From: Rubripirellula sp. | GTDB taxonomy: Bacteria > Planctomycetota > Planctomycetia > Pirellulales > Pirellulaceae | Direction: 5' to 3' | Assembly (NCBI GenBank): GCA_965216875.1 | Contig: OZ244207.1 | Span: 6,112,001-6,176,000, forward strand | Length of the DNA stretch: 64,000 nucleotides | In this document: positions 8,985 to 18,453 of the stretch, one piece after another | How positions within the stretch are numbered: position 1 is the stretch's first letter | How the letters are laid out: every line of letters begins with the position of its first letter | The notes under the pieces: generated by a model | Told to the model about the DNA's origin: nothing | Database searches by the model: none | The model's input: only the letters and a program-made list of their open reading frames with translations | Translations under genes and position numbers: made by a program

Positions 8985-10424
8985 ATGACGTGGAGCCGAT
9001 TCAGCTTTTGGGTGTTTGCTATCACATGTGGGCTCAACGCCTTCGCGCAGCCCCCATCTGACCCCTCCGGCTCACTCGATCGGCTTGAACACCTCGAGGC
9101 AACCGTTCAGCTGCTGCAGCTAGAGCTCGAGCGACTCCACGAAGATCGTTCTGTAACTCAGGTGCTCGGCCACGATCGCGTCGAAATCCCTCATCCTTGC
9201 GACGCACCCGCCTGCGACGGAGCCGATCCCACCCACTCAAGAACCCACTACGTCACCTACGACGATGGCTGGGTGCTGCGTCCGTTCGATCGTGTTACGA
9301 CACCGTTCGAATTGAAGTTCAACCTTCACAACCAGTTTCGTTACACCGGCTTTAATCGCTCCGTCCGAACATTCACCAACAGCGCTGGCACGACCACACC
9401 CATCCGCAGTCGAAACGACTTTGACGTCAACCGCGGCCGGCTTGTCTTTTCGGGATACGCGTTTGATCCGCGTTTCACCTTCTACACCAACATTGACTAC
9501 AACACCGTCGCCCAAAACCCCGTGCTTCTGCTGCTCTCTTGGATCTCGTTTCGCCACAGTGACGCGTTGACGATTAGTGCAGGGCTTGGCAAGGTTCCGG
9601 GCACCTGGGAATGGATCGAAACTTCGCGCCGAACACTCGGATCAGAACGAACGATGGCAACAACCTTCTTTCGTCCTTCAATCACCGCAGGGATCTGGGC
9701 CAACGGCGAACTCTTCGAAAACATCTACTACGAAGCTCTCGTTGGCGACGGATTCAATACCTTCACGCTTCGCGCCAGCGAACTCGATACCAACCTCGCG
9801 TATTCAGCCAGCGTGTGGGCGGAACCGCTTGGCGATTTTGGCGTCGGCTTTTCTGACCTGGAAGAACACGCGTGCTTGGCGATGCGAATTGGCCATGGCT
9901 TCACCTTCGCCAGCAACGATAGCGAACCGACGGGCGAACCCGGCCCGGAACAGACCGTCATTCGACTCTCAGATGGAACACGGCTCGTCGAACCAGGCGC
10001 TCTCGCCCCCGGGGTCACCGTCAATCAGTTCGACATCTCACTCTACGCCGTCCACCTCGGCCTCAAATATCGTGGCGCAAGTTTCGCAACCGAGTACTTC
10101 TTTCGATGGCTCACATCACTCGAAGGAAACGGGCCTCTTCCGGTCAACTCGCTGTTTGATCACGGCTTCTATGTCCAGGGAGGCCTGTTTGTCATCCCGA
10201 AGCGGCTCGAACTTTACTCGATTGGATCCCACGTTACAGGTGACTACGGTTCAGGCCACGAGATCGCCGCAGGCTTCAACTACTACGTTGGCGGCCGACG
10301 AGGATCGCGCATTACCTTCGATGTGTCGCACATCAACGATTCACCTGCCGACCAGAGTCGCACCGGCTTTGTCGCTGGCGCAAGCGGCACACTTTTTCGC
10401 GCTCAGATGTGGACGTTCTTTTAG
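8985..10424 (+). CDS. outer-membrane porin, OprO/OprP-like
   Basis: Signal peptide, N-terminal coiled coil, QFRYT and FDVNRGRLVFSG motifs, alternating beta-strands, C-terminal Phe. Confidence 0.75.
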   Translation: MTWSRFSFWVFAITCGLNAFAQPPSDPSGSLDRLEHLEATVQLLQLELERLHEDRSVTQVLGHDRVEIPHPCDAPACDGADPTHSRTHYVTYDDGWVLRPFDRVTTPFELKFNLHNQFRYTGFNRSVRTFTNSAGTTTPIRSRNDFDVNRGRLVFSGYAFDPRFTFYTNIDYNTVAQNPVLLLLSWISFRHSDALTISAGLGKVPGTWEWIETSRRTLGSERTMATTFFRPSITAGIWANGELFENIYYEALVGDGFNTFTLRASELDTNLAYSASVWAEPLGDFGVGFSDLEEHACLAMRIGHGFTFASNDSEPTGEPGPEQTVIRLSDGTRLVEPGALAPGVTVNQFDISLYAVHLGLKYRGASFATEYFFRWLTSLEGNGPLPVNSLFDHGFYVQGGLFVIPKRLELYSIGSHVTGDYGSGHEIAAGFNYYVGGRRGSRITFDVSHINDSPADQSRTGFVAGASGTLFRAQMWTFF

Positions 10425-10450
10425 CCGGTCGCGAAAGCTACGCAAGCCAT

Positions 10451-10726
10451 TCAAAGAACGCCAACACGCTCCAGCAGCCGCTTAAAGAACCCGCGACCCG
10501 ATTGAACATCCTGAGCCGAATCAACACGTTCGAACTCACCCTCACTGCCTGAACCAACACTCGGCTTTTTGCTCACCGCCGCTTCGCAGTCGCTTTCACA
10601 GCTCGCGTGATTCTCTAGCCAATCCTGCTTGGCGTAATCCCAGCCGACATCGTAGCCAGCCTTCTCGCTTAGGAAGTACTTGTGCGTTTCTACTTCAGCG
10701 ACTTCTTGCTCTGTCAAATCTCTCAT
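10451..10726 (-). CDS. small DUF4032-like protein
   Basis: EVETHKYFLSEKAGYDVGWDYAKQDW resembles the HKW(F/Y)xSExAGxDVG motif; probable ATG at 10726. Confidence 0.7.
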   Translation of the reverse strand: MRDLTEQEVAEVETHKYFLSEKAGYDVGWDYAKQDWLENHASCESDCEAAVSKKPSVGSGSEGEFERVDSAQDVQSGRGFFKRLLERVGVL

Positions 10727-10959
10727 CCGTTGATCCCCCGCGAAATGATCGGGCAAAGACTCCTTCAACACGCGTCGATTTTAGGGCCAGCTCGGAACTC
10801 TCAAAGGATCCAATCTCGCAGCCTCCATCAGCAGCGACTCGATCGCCCTAAACCGGTCGCTGCGAGGGATCATCACGCCCTAGAAAACGCATCGGCGAAT
10901 TGCAAGCTTTCATGCGCCCAACTGTCCATCTCGCCACCGCACGATCAACCTGGCACTAG

Positions 10960-11481
10960 CTAGCCTGACGCAACCTTTTCCAGAACCTGATGTATCACTT
11001 CCGCGAGCCGACCGTTGGTTGTGACGAGCGTGACAGTCTCGAGCTCGCGGTATCGACTCAAAAAGAGTTCCCGGGAAACCGCAGCAAATTCCTTCTCACT
11101 GACCCGGCCGTAACCACAACCAAGGCAAGCCGCAGCGATCGACTTACAACCAACCTCAGCAAGTTGCTTGATCGCTCCGTCATAGGTTCGCAGTATCGTC
11201 TCGACATCCGTGTCGTAAAACCCATCGATCGACACCGCGTGGGCCACCGCCTTGAAAGTCGAACCGCATGGCGGCGCAACGACCGATTGGCCAGGTGAAA
11301 GAAAAGGAACACCACGCTCACGAAAGACGCCATGCAAGAATGTCTGCATTTCATCTCCGTAGCGAAGCCCAAACGCTCCGCCGACGCCACCCGACAGATT
11401 CAAGTGTGGGTTCGCCGAACAAATCAAACCCTCAGCGTTCGATTCAAGTAAATCACCCTGCTCTACCTTCCACCGCGTCAT
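10960..11481 (-). CDS. macro domain protein (ADP-ribose binding/hydrolase family)
   Basis: GDLL...ICSANPHLNLSGGVGGAF, HAV and LGCGYG loops; ATG at 11481 with GAGG RBS. Confidence 0.85.
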   Translation of the reverse strand: MTRWKVEQGDLLESNAEGLICSANPHLNLSGGVGGAFGLRYGDEMQTFLHGVFRERGVPFLSPGQSVVAPPCGSTFKAVAHAVSIDGFYDTDVETILRTYDGAIKQLAEVGCKSIAAACLGCGYGRVSEKEFAAVSRELFLSRYRELETVTLVTTNGRLAEVIHQVLEKVASG

Positions 11482-11503
11482 GCCGCCCTCGTGATCGCCA
11501 ACC

Positions 11504-13453
11504 TCAAACCGCTGCAACTTCTTTGATCTGCTTTGGCCAACTGAAGATGAACGAGGCACCCTGGCCAGGCTTCGACTCAAGTCGAATATCGCCACCATAT
11601 TCACGCACAAGTCGACGGATGATCGCCAACCCCATTCCGCTGCCTTCGACTTCGTCTTTCGTTCTTAGACTTTGGAACATCTCAAAGATCTTTTCGTGGT
11701 ACTGTTCCTCAATGCCGGGCCCATCATCCGACACGGTGAACCGCACCATGTCTTCGTCTTCCTCCGCGATGACCGACACCGTTCCACAGTCTTTGTCGTG
11801 ATGCTTGAAGGCGTTTCCGATCAGGTTCATCACCACTTGCCGCAACGGAGTCGCATAGGTTTCGAGCGATGAGACATTCGATTGGACAACCACACGAAAC
11901 CCTTCTGGTGGAGACAACAATTCGACGGCGTCTTCCACGAATTCAACGACGTCGATGCTTTGCAGATTGCCGTTTTGCCGACCCACGCGTGAATACACCA
12001 GCAGATCATCAAGCAACGATTCCATCCGGTGAGCCCGCTGCTCGAGCTTGTCGAGATACTCGCGTGACAGCTCCGAAAGATTGTCCGCTTCGTCTTCGCG
12101 CAGAAAAGTCACCAAGTTCGAAATACCGCGCAACGGCGAACGCAGGTCGTGGGATGCAACGTACGCAAAGTGTTCGAGATCGGAATTGGCCTGTTTCAGT
12201 TCGCCAATCGACTTCTTGAGTGTGGTCGTATCAACGATGATCGCAACGAAGCACTCGTGCCCGTTGTAGTCCGTCCGCTGCAAATGCACTTCGACGTTGT
12301 AAAGACTCGTGTCTTTGCGTTGGTGGACCGTCTCAAAGCTCAAGTAATCCTGCTGTCCGTTTCTCAGCGGTTCAACGAGCTTGACGAACATCGGCAACTC
12401 GAATTCAGGCTTGATATCCAGTGGCGTCATCGCCTTGAGTTCTTCAAGCGTGTAGCCAAGGTTCTTCGTCGCGCCTTGGTTGACGTATTCAAAATGAAGG
12501 GTATCCCGTCTGAAGATAAAGATCTCGTTTCGCGATCGATCAACGATTTCACCCAAACGTTTGAGGGTCACTTCCACCCGTTTGATGTCGGTGATGTCAC
12601 GGCTCGTCGCCAAGACGATTTCTTCGTCACCAAGAGCGACCTTTTGGTGGCGTGTCGAGACGGTGATGTTGCGGCCATCCTTCGTTTCGTAGTGAACTTC
12701 CCCTGTCCATTCGCCTCGTGATGCAATTCCCTCGTCGATCTCTTGCCAAGAAGTCGGTCGGATCTCCCCTAGCAACTCTTTGGTGTCCGTTCCGATTGCA
12801 ACTTCTTTGGAATAACCAAACAATTGTTCGGCGCCGCGATTCCAACTTTTCACTCCATCGCGACGCGTCCAAGAATAGATCGCGTCGTGGCTCAATTCGA
12901 TCAACTGAGAGTTCTTGTGGAGCGCAACGCCCGCCGCTAGCTTCGCTTGCTCGGCAGCGCGCAGTGCAAAGATTTGCTCAACTTGTTCCGACAAAACGCG
13001 CAGCGCCGCAATCTGTTTTTCGGTGATCTGGCGCGGCTGACGATCGATCAGGCAAAGAGTGCCTACTGGCAGTGAGTCTTCTCCTGGCGCACGCAGAGGC
13101 ATTCCAGCATAAAAGCGAATCAACGGATCGGTCAGCACCAGCGGATTGTCGGCAAATCGAGGATCCAACGTCGCGTCTTCGACAATCAACGGGTGATCGC
13201 GATCAAGAATCGCGTGTGAACAAAACGATTGACTGCGAGGCGTTTCGCACGCATCGATACCTACTTTTGACTTAAACCACTGCCGATCGTTGTCCACCAG
13301 ACTAAGAAGTGCAATCGGAACTTCAGCGATCTGAGCAGCAAGATCGACCAACCCGTCATACAAACTCTCCGCCGCCGTATCGAGAATCTCCAAATCGTAG
13401 AGAGCCTTGATCCGCCGCGATTCTTCTGGATGCTTTGCAGAAGCAGGCATCAA
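11504..13453 (-). CDS. cytoplasmic GAF-PAS-PAS sensor histidine kinase
   Basis: GAF (SFCSHAI, DPRFADNPLV, RFYAGMPL), two PAS domains, H-box FAYVASHDLRSPL, N-box NLIGNAFKH, DDGPGI, GSGMGL; no TM segment. Confidence 0.93.
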   Translation of the reverse strand: MMPASAKHPEESRRIKALYDLEILDTAAESLYDGLVDLAAQIAEVPIALLSLVDNDRQWFKSKVGIDACETPRSQSFCSHAILDRDHPLIVEDATLDPRFADNPLVLTDPLIRFYAGMPLRAPGEDSLPVGTLCLIDRQPRQITEKQIAALRVLSEQVEQIFALRAAEQAKLAAGVALHKNSQLIELSHDAIYSWTRRDGVKSWNRGAEQLFGYSKEVAIGTDTKELLGEIRPTSWQEIDEGIASRGEWTGEVHYETKDGRNITVSTRHQKVALGDEEIVLATSRDITDIKRVEVTLKRLGEIVDRSRNEIFIFRRDTLHFEYVNQGATKNLGYTLEELKAMTPLDIKPEFELPMFVKLVEPLRNGQQDYLSFETVHQRKDTSLYNVEVHLQRTDYNGHECFVAIIVDTTTLKKSIGELKQANSDLEHFAYVASHDLRSPLRGISNLVTFLREDEADNLSELSREYLDKLEQRAHRMESLLDDLLVYSRVGRQNGNLQSIDVVEFVEDAVELLSPPEGFRVVVQSNVSSLETYATPLRQVVMNLIGNAFKHHDKDCGTVSVIAEEDEDMVRFTVSDDGPGIEEQYHEKIFEMFQSLRTKDEVEGSGMGLAIIRRLVREYGGDIRLESKPGQGASFIFSWPKQIKEVAAV

Positions 13454-13634
13454 TCACCCCAAAACACGTGTGCAAGCTGAACAGCAATCTCAGAAAAGAC
13501 CGCCACCCACCATTGTTCCACGTCGACCAGAGCCGATCGATACCAATCCGTGTCACGGTGACAGAATTACTGAACGTTTGCGTGTGTCGATCACGCGACG
13601 TGCTGGCCGCCGGAGGTGCTTATCGAAGGCAACG

Positions 13635-13787
13635 TCACGACGCACCGATCGAGTACCAAACGACAATCATCCCCATGATCAAGGCCGTGACAACGCAAAC
13701 GATCACGCCGACAAAGAGCAAGATCACGTTACGAGACAACCAACCCGACTTTCTTTGTTGTTCGTTTGGTGGGTCGTAGGGGTTCAT
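13635..13787 (-). CDS. small single-pass membrane protein (50 aa), below the ORF-track cutoff
   Basis: MNPYDPPNEQQRKSGWLSRNVILLFVGVIVCVVTALIMGMIVVWYSIGAS*. Starts 5 nt after the upstream stop; NPYxxP N-terminus is typical of planctomycete membrane proteins. Confidence 0.65.
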   Translation of the reverse strand: MNPYDPPNEQQRKSGWLSRNVILLFVGVIVCVVTALIMGMIVVWYSIGAS

Positions 13788-13792
13788 TCTCT

Positions 13793-14122
13793 CTAGGGCT
13801 CCACGATCAGACCACCAAACGGTTCCTGGGCGTCTCGCGGATAGCCTTCAGGAGGCCAAGTCGGGGACTCTTCCACCAAATCACCAGAGATGACGTCGTA
13901 TTCATCGGGATGCACACCTGGAAGGACACTTTCATCGAGATGCGCACCTGGAAGGACACTCGGTACTGGAGCGATCAAGTCCGAAGCTTCGTGTGCCCGA
14001 TGTGCGAAGACTTGGTAGAGAACGATCGACGCCGTCCCTCCAACTGCAATGAGCGTTCCGAAGAACGCAGTCACCGTGCAGCAGACGATCAACGTCTTCT
14101 TAATAAGCTCGCCGTTTGTCAT
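13793..14122 (-). CDS. hypothetical membrane-anchored protein with acidic, Pro-rich tail
   Basis: Probable ATG at 14122 after GAGG; one hydrophobic segment; internal 10-aa duplication. Confidence 0.55.
   Translation of the reverse strand: MTNGELIKKTLIVCCTVTAFFGTLIAVGGTASIVLYQVFAHRAHEASDLIAPVPSVLPGAHLDESVLPGVHPDEYDVISGDLVEESPTWPPEGYPRDAQEPFGGLIVEP
13901..13960. repeat. 30-bp tandem duplication (2 units, 28/30 identical)
   Basis: TTCATCGGGATGCACACCTGGAAGGACACT followed by TTCATCGAGATGCGCACCTGGAAGGACACT. Confidence 0.9.
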
Positions 14123-14538
14123 CACCGCACCCTCATCAGCGTCAAAAGAAAAGCCACGTGACCCAAGCAACGGATCACGTGGCGATTGTGTTTGATGATG
14201 CCAATCGCTGCCGCAGCCGACCTCTAGGAAAAGCTGAGACAGCGACTTCGATTGAGCCCACAGACTCGTTCGATCGCCTGATGCTATTGCGTTTCGGACC
14301 ACAATGCAAACAAAAACAGCCGCACAACCTGCTGGCAGGCGCGGGCAGTGCAAAAGAAAAGCACCCACGTGGTCTTTAAGCGAGCCCTCATTCGATCAGC
14401 GCCAACACGGTTCGCAAGGAATCTTGACGAACCACCGGGCACTTGCAATCGTATTGCATCAGCGATGACGCATCGGGTGTCGTCGATTGGCGGGGACTCT
14501 ACGCTACTTTCCTCTTCAACGATTCAAGGAGCACGCTT

Positions 14539-14985
14539 GTGAGGACGCCAACGATACTCATGATTGCGATCGCCACCTTCGCCGGTTGTTCCAGCGACGA
14601 AGGTGCGAAACAGGATCAGCTCCTGCCTTCACTGCAGGTTGTGCGAGGAGCCGAGTTGCAGGACTTTGTGTCCTCTTGCGACACACCCGTCCTTGTCGAA
14701 TTTGGCGTTGACTACCAATGCGAGCGTTGTCGCCAAATGAAGGGCGGTGTCGAGGAACTTGCTGACAAATTCTCTGGCAAAGCAGAAGTTGTTCGGGTGG
14801 ACTTCAATTCCAATGCTCCACTGGTCGCTCAGTTCGGTGGAACCATCTGCCCAACCTATGTCTTCTTTCAAGATGGACAACCGGTTAGGACAGAGAGCTT
14901 TCCTGTGTCCGCCGACATTTTGGAGTCGCAACTAACTGATCTGACGCAATCCTCGCCTTTCGCTCCGCGTGGAGACGCTTTGTAG
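14539..14985 (+). CDS. thioredoxin-family lipoprotein
   Basis: GTG at 14539 after AAGGAG; lipobox FAGC; PVLVEF...CERC; cis-Pro motif CPT. Confidence 0.75.
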   Translation: MRTPTILMIAIATFAGCSSDEGAKQDQLLPSLQVVRGAELQDFVSSCDTPVLVEFGVDYQCERCRQMKGGVEELADKFSGKAEVVRVDFNSNAPLVAQFGGTICPTYVFFQDGQPVRTESFPVSADILESQLTDLTQSSPFAPRGDAL

Positions 14986-15255
14986 GTCATGCTCCGCATG
15001 ACGAACGTTTCCATTGCGTGTAATGGAACGCAAGGCGCGGCGCACTGGTGAGCGGCTGTGGATTATGTGAGCCGAACGCGCTAGCGTCGGGCCCTCAGGT
15101 TGGCTGTTGAAACACGGTGGGCTAGCGTCTTGCCGCTGCCTGGTCACCTTTTGTAGTCCCGCCTTCAGGCGGATCGCGAGAAAATTCCGGCTAAAGCCGG
15201 TACTACGAACGGTGCGCCGCTCTCCGCAGTACCACGCTCTTGCGAGCGTAGCTAC
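14982..15255. repeat. intergenic stack of several different REP/REPIN-like elements
   Basis: GTAGGTCATGCTCCGCATGAC at 14982; TGAGCCGAACGCGCTAGCGTCGGGCCC at 15068-15094; GTAGTCCCGCCTTCAGGCGG...CCGGCTAAAGCCGGTACTAC at 15152-15206; ACCACGCTCTTGCGAGCGTAGCTAC at 15231-15255. Confidence 0.85.
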
Positions 15256-15310
15256 GGGATTCTTTGAAGTCGCCGATCCAATGCCCGCTCGTTCCCAGTA
15301 AGATGGTGGA

Positions 15311-15574
15311 ATGTCACTCACATTCACCAGCGCAAGCCAGTTAGATCGTTTCGTCGAACGATTCATTGCGCGGCTCGAACTCACGGACGAACACTGCCAA
15401 CTTCGACCAAGTATCTTTCCGGCGGGCCGCTACCCAGAAGAAGCGTACGGCGTTTGGGCTGACTGGTGGGAAGAGGCTGGCGACAATGAAAGGGCGGCTG
15501 CCTGTCGCCAACGACTCGAAGTGCTCATGCCGCCATCGACACGCCATCTTCAGCACGACACACCACATTCATAG
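15311..15574 (+). CDS. small protein with a TIGR02996-like (repeat-companion) motif
   Basis: YGVWADWWEEAGDNERAAACR resembles the vyADWLeExGdxxRAxxiR motif. Confidence 0.55.
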   Translation: MSLTFTSASQLDRFVERFIARLELTDEHCQLRPSIFPAGRYPEEAYGVWADWWEEAGDNERAAACRQRLEVLMPPSTRHLQHDTPHS

Positions 15575-15672
15575 TTTGCACACGTAAACTCGATCGGCCA
15601 TTGGCGATACGGTCGGTGCGCGATGCAACGCTTTCGGTCCTCGCCAGTCTCACCGTCGTCGGACACCGAATC

Positions 15673-16053
15673 ATGAAGCGTCTCCCCGATACCTCTGCCG
15701 GCGTTCCCAAGCAGAACAGCGATGCTGGCCAAATCACAACGACGCCCAATCGGAAACGTGAGATCGGTTTTGCGGCGTCGATGCTTGGCTATGGTCTAAC
15801 GCTGTTTGTCGCGGCTGTCTTTTTCGCGCGATCGCCACCAGGCCTCGACCCAACGCTTGACGGCACCGAACGGTTTGCTGAGGAGATTGGTCACGGATTC
15901 ATTGGGCTGTTACTGATACTCGCTGGAATCGCGGCAAGCTTGGTGTTTGGTGGAATCGGGGCGATGCTTGGAAGCAGAGCGGGAAAGACGCTCGTGTTGA
16001 TCGGATGCGCGTTTTTGGTGCTATCGGCAGGTTTTGCCCTGATCGCAAACTAG
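15673..16053 (+). CDS. hypothetical membrane protein (3 TM)
   Basis: Three hydrophobic segments; probable ATG at 15673. Confidence 0.6.
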   Translation: MKRLPDTSAGVPKQNSDAGQITTTPNRKREIGFAASMLGYGLTLFVAAVFFARSPPGLDPTLDGTERFAEEIGHGFIGLLLILAGIAASLVFGGIGAMLGSRAGKTLVLIGCAFLVLSAGFALIAN

Positions 16054-16065
16054 ACAACGCAAATA

Positions 16066-16097
16066 CCGCCTGCCCGCGTGCGCTCGCGGGCAGGCGG
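16066..16097. terminator. 13-bp perfect GC hairpin just after the membrane-protein gene
   Basis: CCGCCTGCCCGCG / CGCGGGCAGGCGG with a 6-nt loop; U-tract is weak. Confidence 0.5.
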
Positions 16098-16187
16098 CTT
16101 ACACAACATGGCATTGCAAAAGGCACAGTGCCATGGCGGCGAAGATAGCCGAGCGTCATGTGCGCGGTGTTAAGATTGCCGCGAACG

Positions 16188-16229
16188 CAAAAGAAAACCC
16201 GCCCGAACGCTCAAAGGCACTCGGGCGGG
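16188..16229 (-). terminator. intrinsic terminator downstream of tRNA-Arg
   Basis: CCCGCCCGA / TCGGGCGGG stem, preceded on + by an A-rich tract that gives a U-tract on the minus strand. Confidence 0.7.
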
Positions 16230-16369
16230 CGATTTGGAGACGAACTGAAGAGGCAGCATCAGCCCGCCAGTAATGCTGATAGCGCGGGGCACTGTGCTAT
16301 CAGCATTGACCTCAACGAGGTGATGTCCGTCTGGACGTTGCATCCGTCAACGCAACGAAGAAAATTCAA

Positions 16370-16446
<77 letters not shown>

Positions 16447-16593
16447 CGATGCGTGTGGGCATCTTATTCTCTCCCCGCCGTTGCTGGGAAGGATGGTCGT
16501 TTCGCTTCACGCATGTCGCCAAAACACGCGCATCGCAATACCCTCGCACCACTACGGCTGGGACACTGCGAACGGCGTGGGTGTTCGCACCGG

Positions 16594-17325
16594 CTATTTC
16601 GCCAATGCAGCGCGGACGCTCTTTGCAACCTGCTCGGCGAGTTTGGCCGATCCGTCTTGCGTGTAGTGAACATTGGCCGGTCGCTGCTCGGCGTGCTTGA
16701 GCGCGAATTCGAAGAGCGGATTGATTTCGATTCCACCCACTTCTTCGATCGCTTTCCTTGCCGCTTCGTTGTATCGCTTGGAATCACCCACGACGCGGCC
16801 TTTGGCCCCTTTGGGCACCGGTGTCGTTTCGCAAAAAATGACCTTCGCGCCGGTCTTCTTCAGCCGATTGGCAATCTTCTTGATGTTCTTGGCGTATTGG
16901 TCGAGCGGAACCTGTTGGTGGCTACCAGCCGCATCGGGCTCGGCAAGGTTTTCGCCGTTTGGCCCGAGGTACTTCAGATCGTGCAGCCCGTGATTGAAAT
17001 GAATCACATCCCACTTGCGGTCGCCAATCCAATTTTCGAGTGATTCCAAACCTCGCGTGGTTGGTCCACAATTGGTCGCGGGTCGCCAAACATTGGCCTG
17101 ACCCGAAAGCGCTTCGCGAGCTGGCAGCATGTAGCCGATCGAGATCGAATCGCCGATCAGCAAGACGTTCGGCAATCCTTGCACCACTTCCGGGGGCTGG
17201 AATTGGGCGGGGATTTTTCTGACCGGTTTTTTCGGCTTCGCTTTATCCTGTGCGTATGTTTCCAAAGAAACTCCGGCCAAGACCAACAGAGCAACGAGCC
17301 AACGGCAAGCGAAAAGCTTTGTCAT
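16594..17325 (-). CDS. SGNH/GDSL hydrolase, exported
   Basis: IGDSIS, NHGLHD and NVHY blocks; signal peptide from ATG 17325 (the ORF-track extension overlaps thiE). Confidence 0.9.
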   Translation of the reverse strand: MTKLFACRWLVALLVLAGVSLETYAQDKAKPKKPVRKIPAQFQPPEVVQGLPNVLLIGDSISIGYMLPAREALSGQANVWRPATNCGPTTRGLESLENWIGDRKWDVIHFNHGLHDLKYLGPNGENLAEPDAAGSHQQVPLDQYAKNIKKIANRLKKTGAKVIFCETTPVPKGAKGRVVGDSKRYNEAARKAIEEVGGIEINPLFEFALKHAEQRPANVHYTQDGSAKLAEQVAKSVRAALAK

Positions 17326-17364
17326 TTGAGATACCCAACGATTGTCTTTTGAGACGAATGATTT

Positions 17365-18453
17365 ATGTCGGAAGCTGAACTTCGAGCCACCTATCGTATT
17401 CTCGACGCCTCCTCGAATCGAGCCTCGGAGGGACTCCGCACACTCGAAGAGTTTGCACGATTCCTGCTGGATGATGCCGAAGCGACCGCCGACCTGAAAG
17501 CGGCCCGTCACGAACTGGCAGCCGCGTTGACGCGATTTCCGCGTACTTTGCTGCTGTCTTCGCGCGACACCGACTCGGATGTGGGCACGGAAATCTCGCA
17601 GCCGAGCGAATGGGTGCGCCAAAACGTTGGCGAAGTGGTCGCCGCCGCCGCTTCGCGAACAGCCCAATCGCTTCGCGTGCTCGAAGAATACGGAAAAACG
17701 ATCGACGCCGAGGTTGCCGCGCGGATCGAACAATTGCGTTACCGCTGCTACACGATCTTCGCCAACCTCGAATTGAAACTCTCTCGAAACGTCCGGCGTC
17801 AACGACTTGCCGAATCCCATCTTTACGCGTTAGTCGAAGCAGGCGAAGACGCAAACCAATTCGCCGATCTGGTTCGCCTGCTCTTCACGAGTGGCGTCGA
17901 CATCATTCAACTTCGTGACCACAACCACGACGATCGAACGCTCATCGAACGCGCGAAACTTGCAATGGCGATTCGCCACGAAGTGGGCGGGCTGTTTATC
18001 GTCAACGATCGCGCCGACCTTGCACTTGCCGCCGATGCCGATGGTGTGCATGTCGGGCAAGAAGAGTTGCCGGTTGATGTGGCTCGGCAGATCCTTGGTC
18101 CTGAACGTCTGATCGGACTTTCGACCCACGACATCCATCAAGCGCGTCAGGCTCAACTCGCCGGCGCCGACTACATCGGCTGTGGGCCGGTTTTTCCCGG
18201 ACAGACCAAATCGTTTGACGACTACGTTGGTCCCGACTTCCTTCGCCAAGTTGCATCCAACATCGAGCTTCCCTCGTTCGCAATTGGAGGGATTGATGAA
18301 TCAAACGTCGACCAAGTGATCGATGCGGGTTTTCATCGAATCGCCGTGACGGGCGTGTTGAGAGACACCGACGATCCAGCCTCAACGTCGCGTGCCCTCA
18401 AGAACCAACTTGCCGCTGCTAGCGATCACACTGTGCCATCAGGTGATCGGTGA
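17365..18453 (+). CDS. thiE: thiamine-phosphate synthase, long form with N-terminal helical extension
   Basis: RILDASSNRASEGLRTLEE N-domain; IQLR, VNDRADLA, GVHVGQEE, GLSTH, DYIGCGPVF and AIGGI motifs. Confidence 0.93.
   Translation: MSEAELRATYRILDASSNRASEGLRTLEEFARFLLDDAEATADLKAARHELAAALTRFPRTLLLSSRDTDSDVGTEISQPSEWVRQNVGEVVAAAASRTAQSLRVLEEYGKTIDAEVAARIEQLRYRCYTIFANLELKLSRNVRRQRLAESHLYALVEAGEDANQFADLVRLLFTSGVDIIQLRDHNHDDRTLIERAKLAMAIRHEVGGLFIVNDRADLALAADADGVHVGQEELPVDVARQILGPERLIGLSTHDIHQARQAQLAGADYIGCGPVFPGQTKSFDDYVGPDFLRQVASNIELPSFAIGGIDESNVDQVIDAGFHRIAVTGVLRDTDDPASTSRALKNQLAAASDHTVPSGDR

Noticed and set aside
9577..10485. 302-aa alternative-frame ORF within the porin gene
   Set aside because: Ser/Thr/Arg-rich off-frame translation typical of GC-rich coding DNA.
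17326..17820. N-terminal extensions given by the ORF track (SGNH hydrolase; likewise both sulfatases, AraC, macro domain)
   Set aside because: They overlap genuine neighbouring genes; downstream starts with RBS or signal peptides fit better.
18419..18453. 35-nt convergent overlap of thiE and the TlpA-like gene
   Set aside because: Short 3' overlaps are common and nothing suggests a function.
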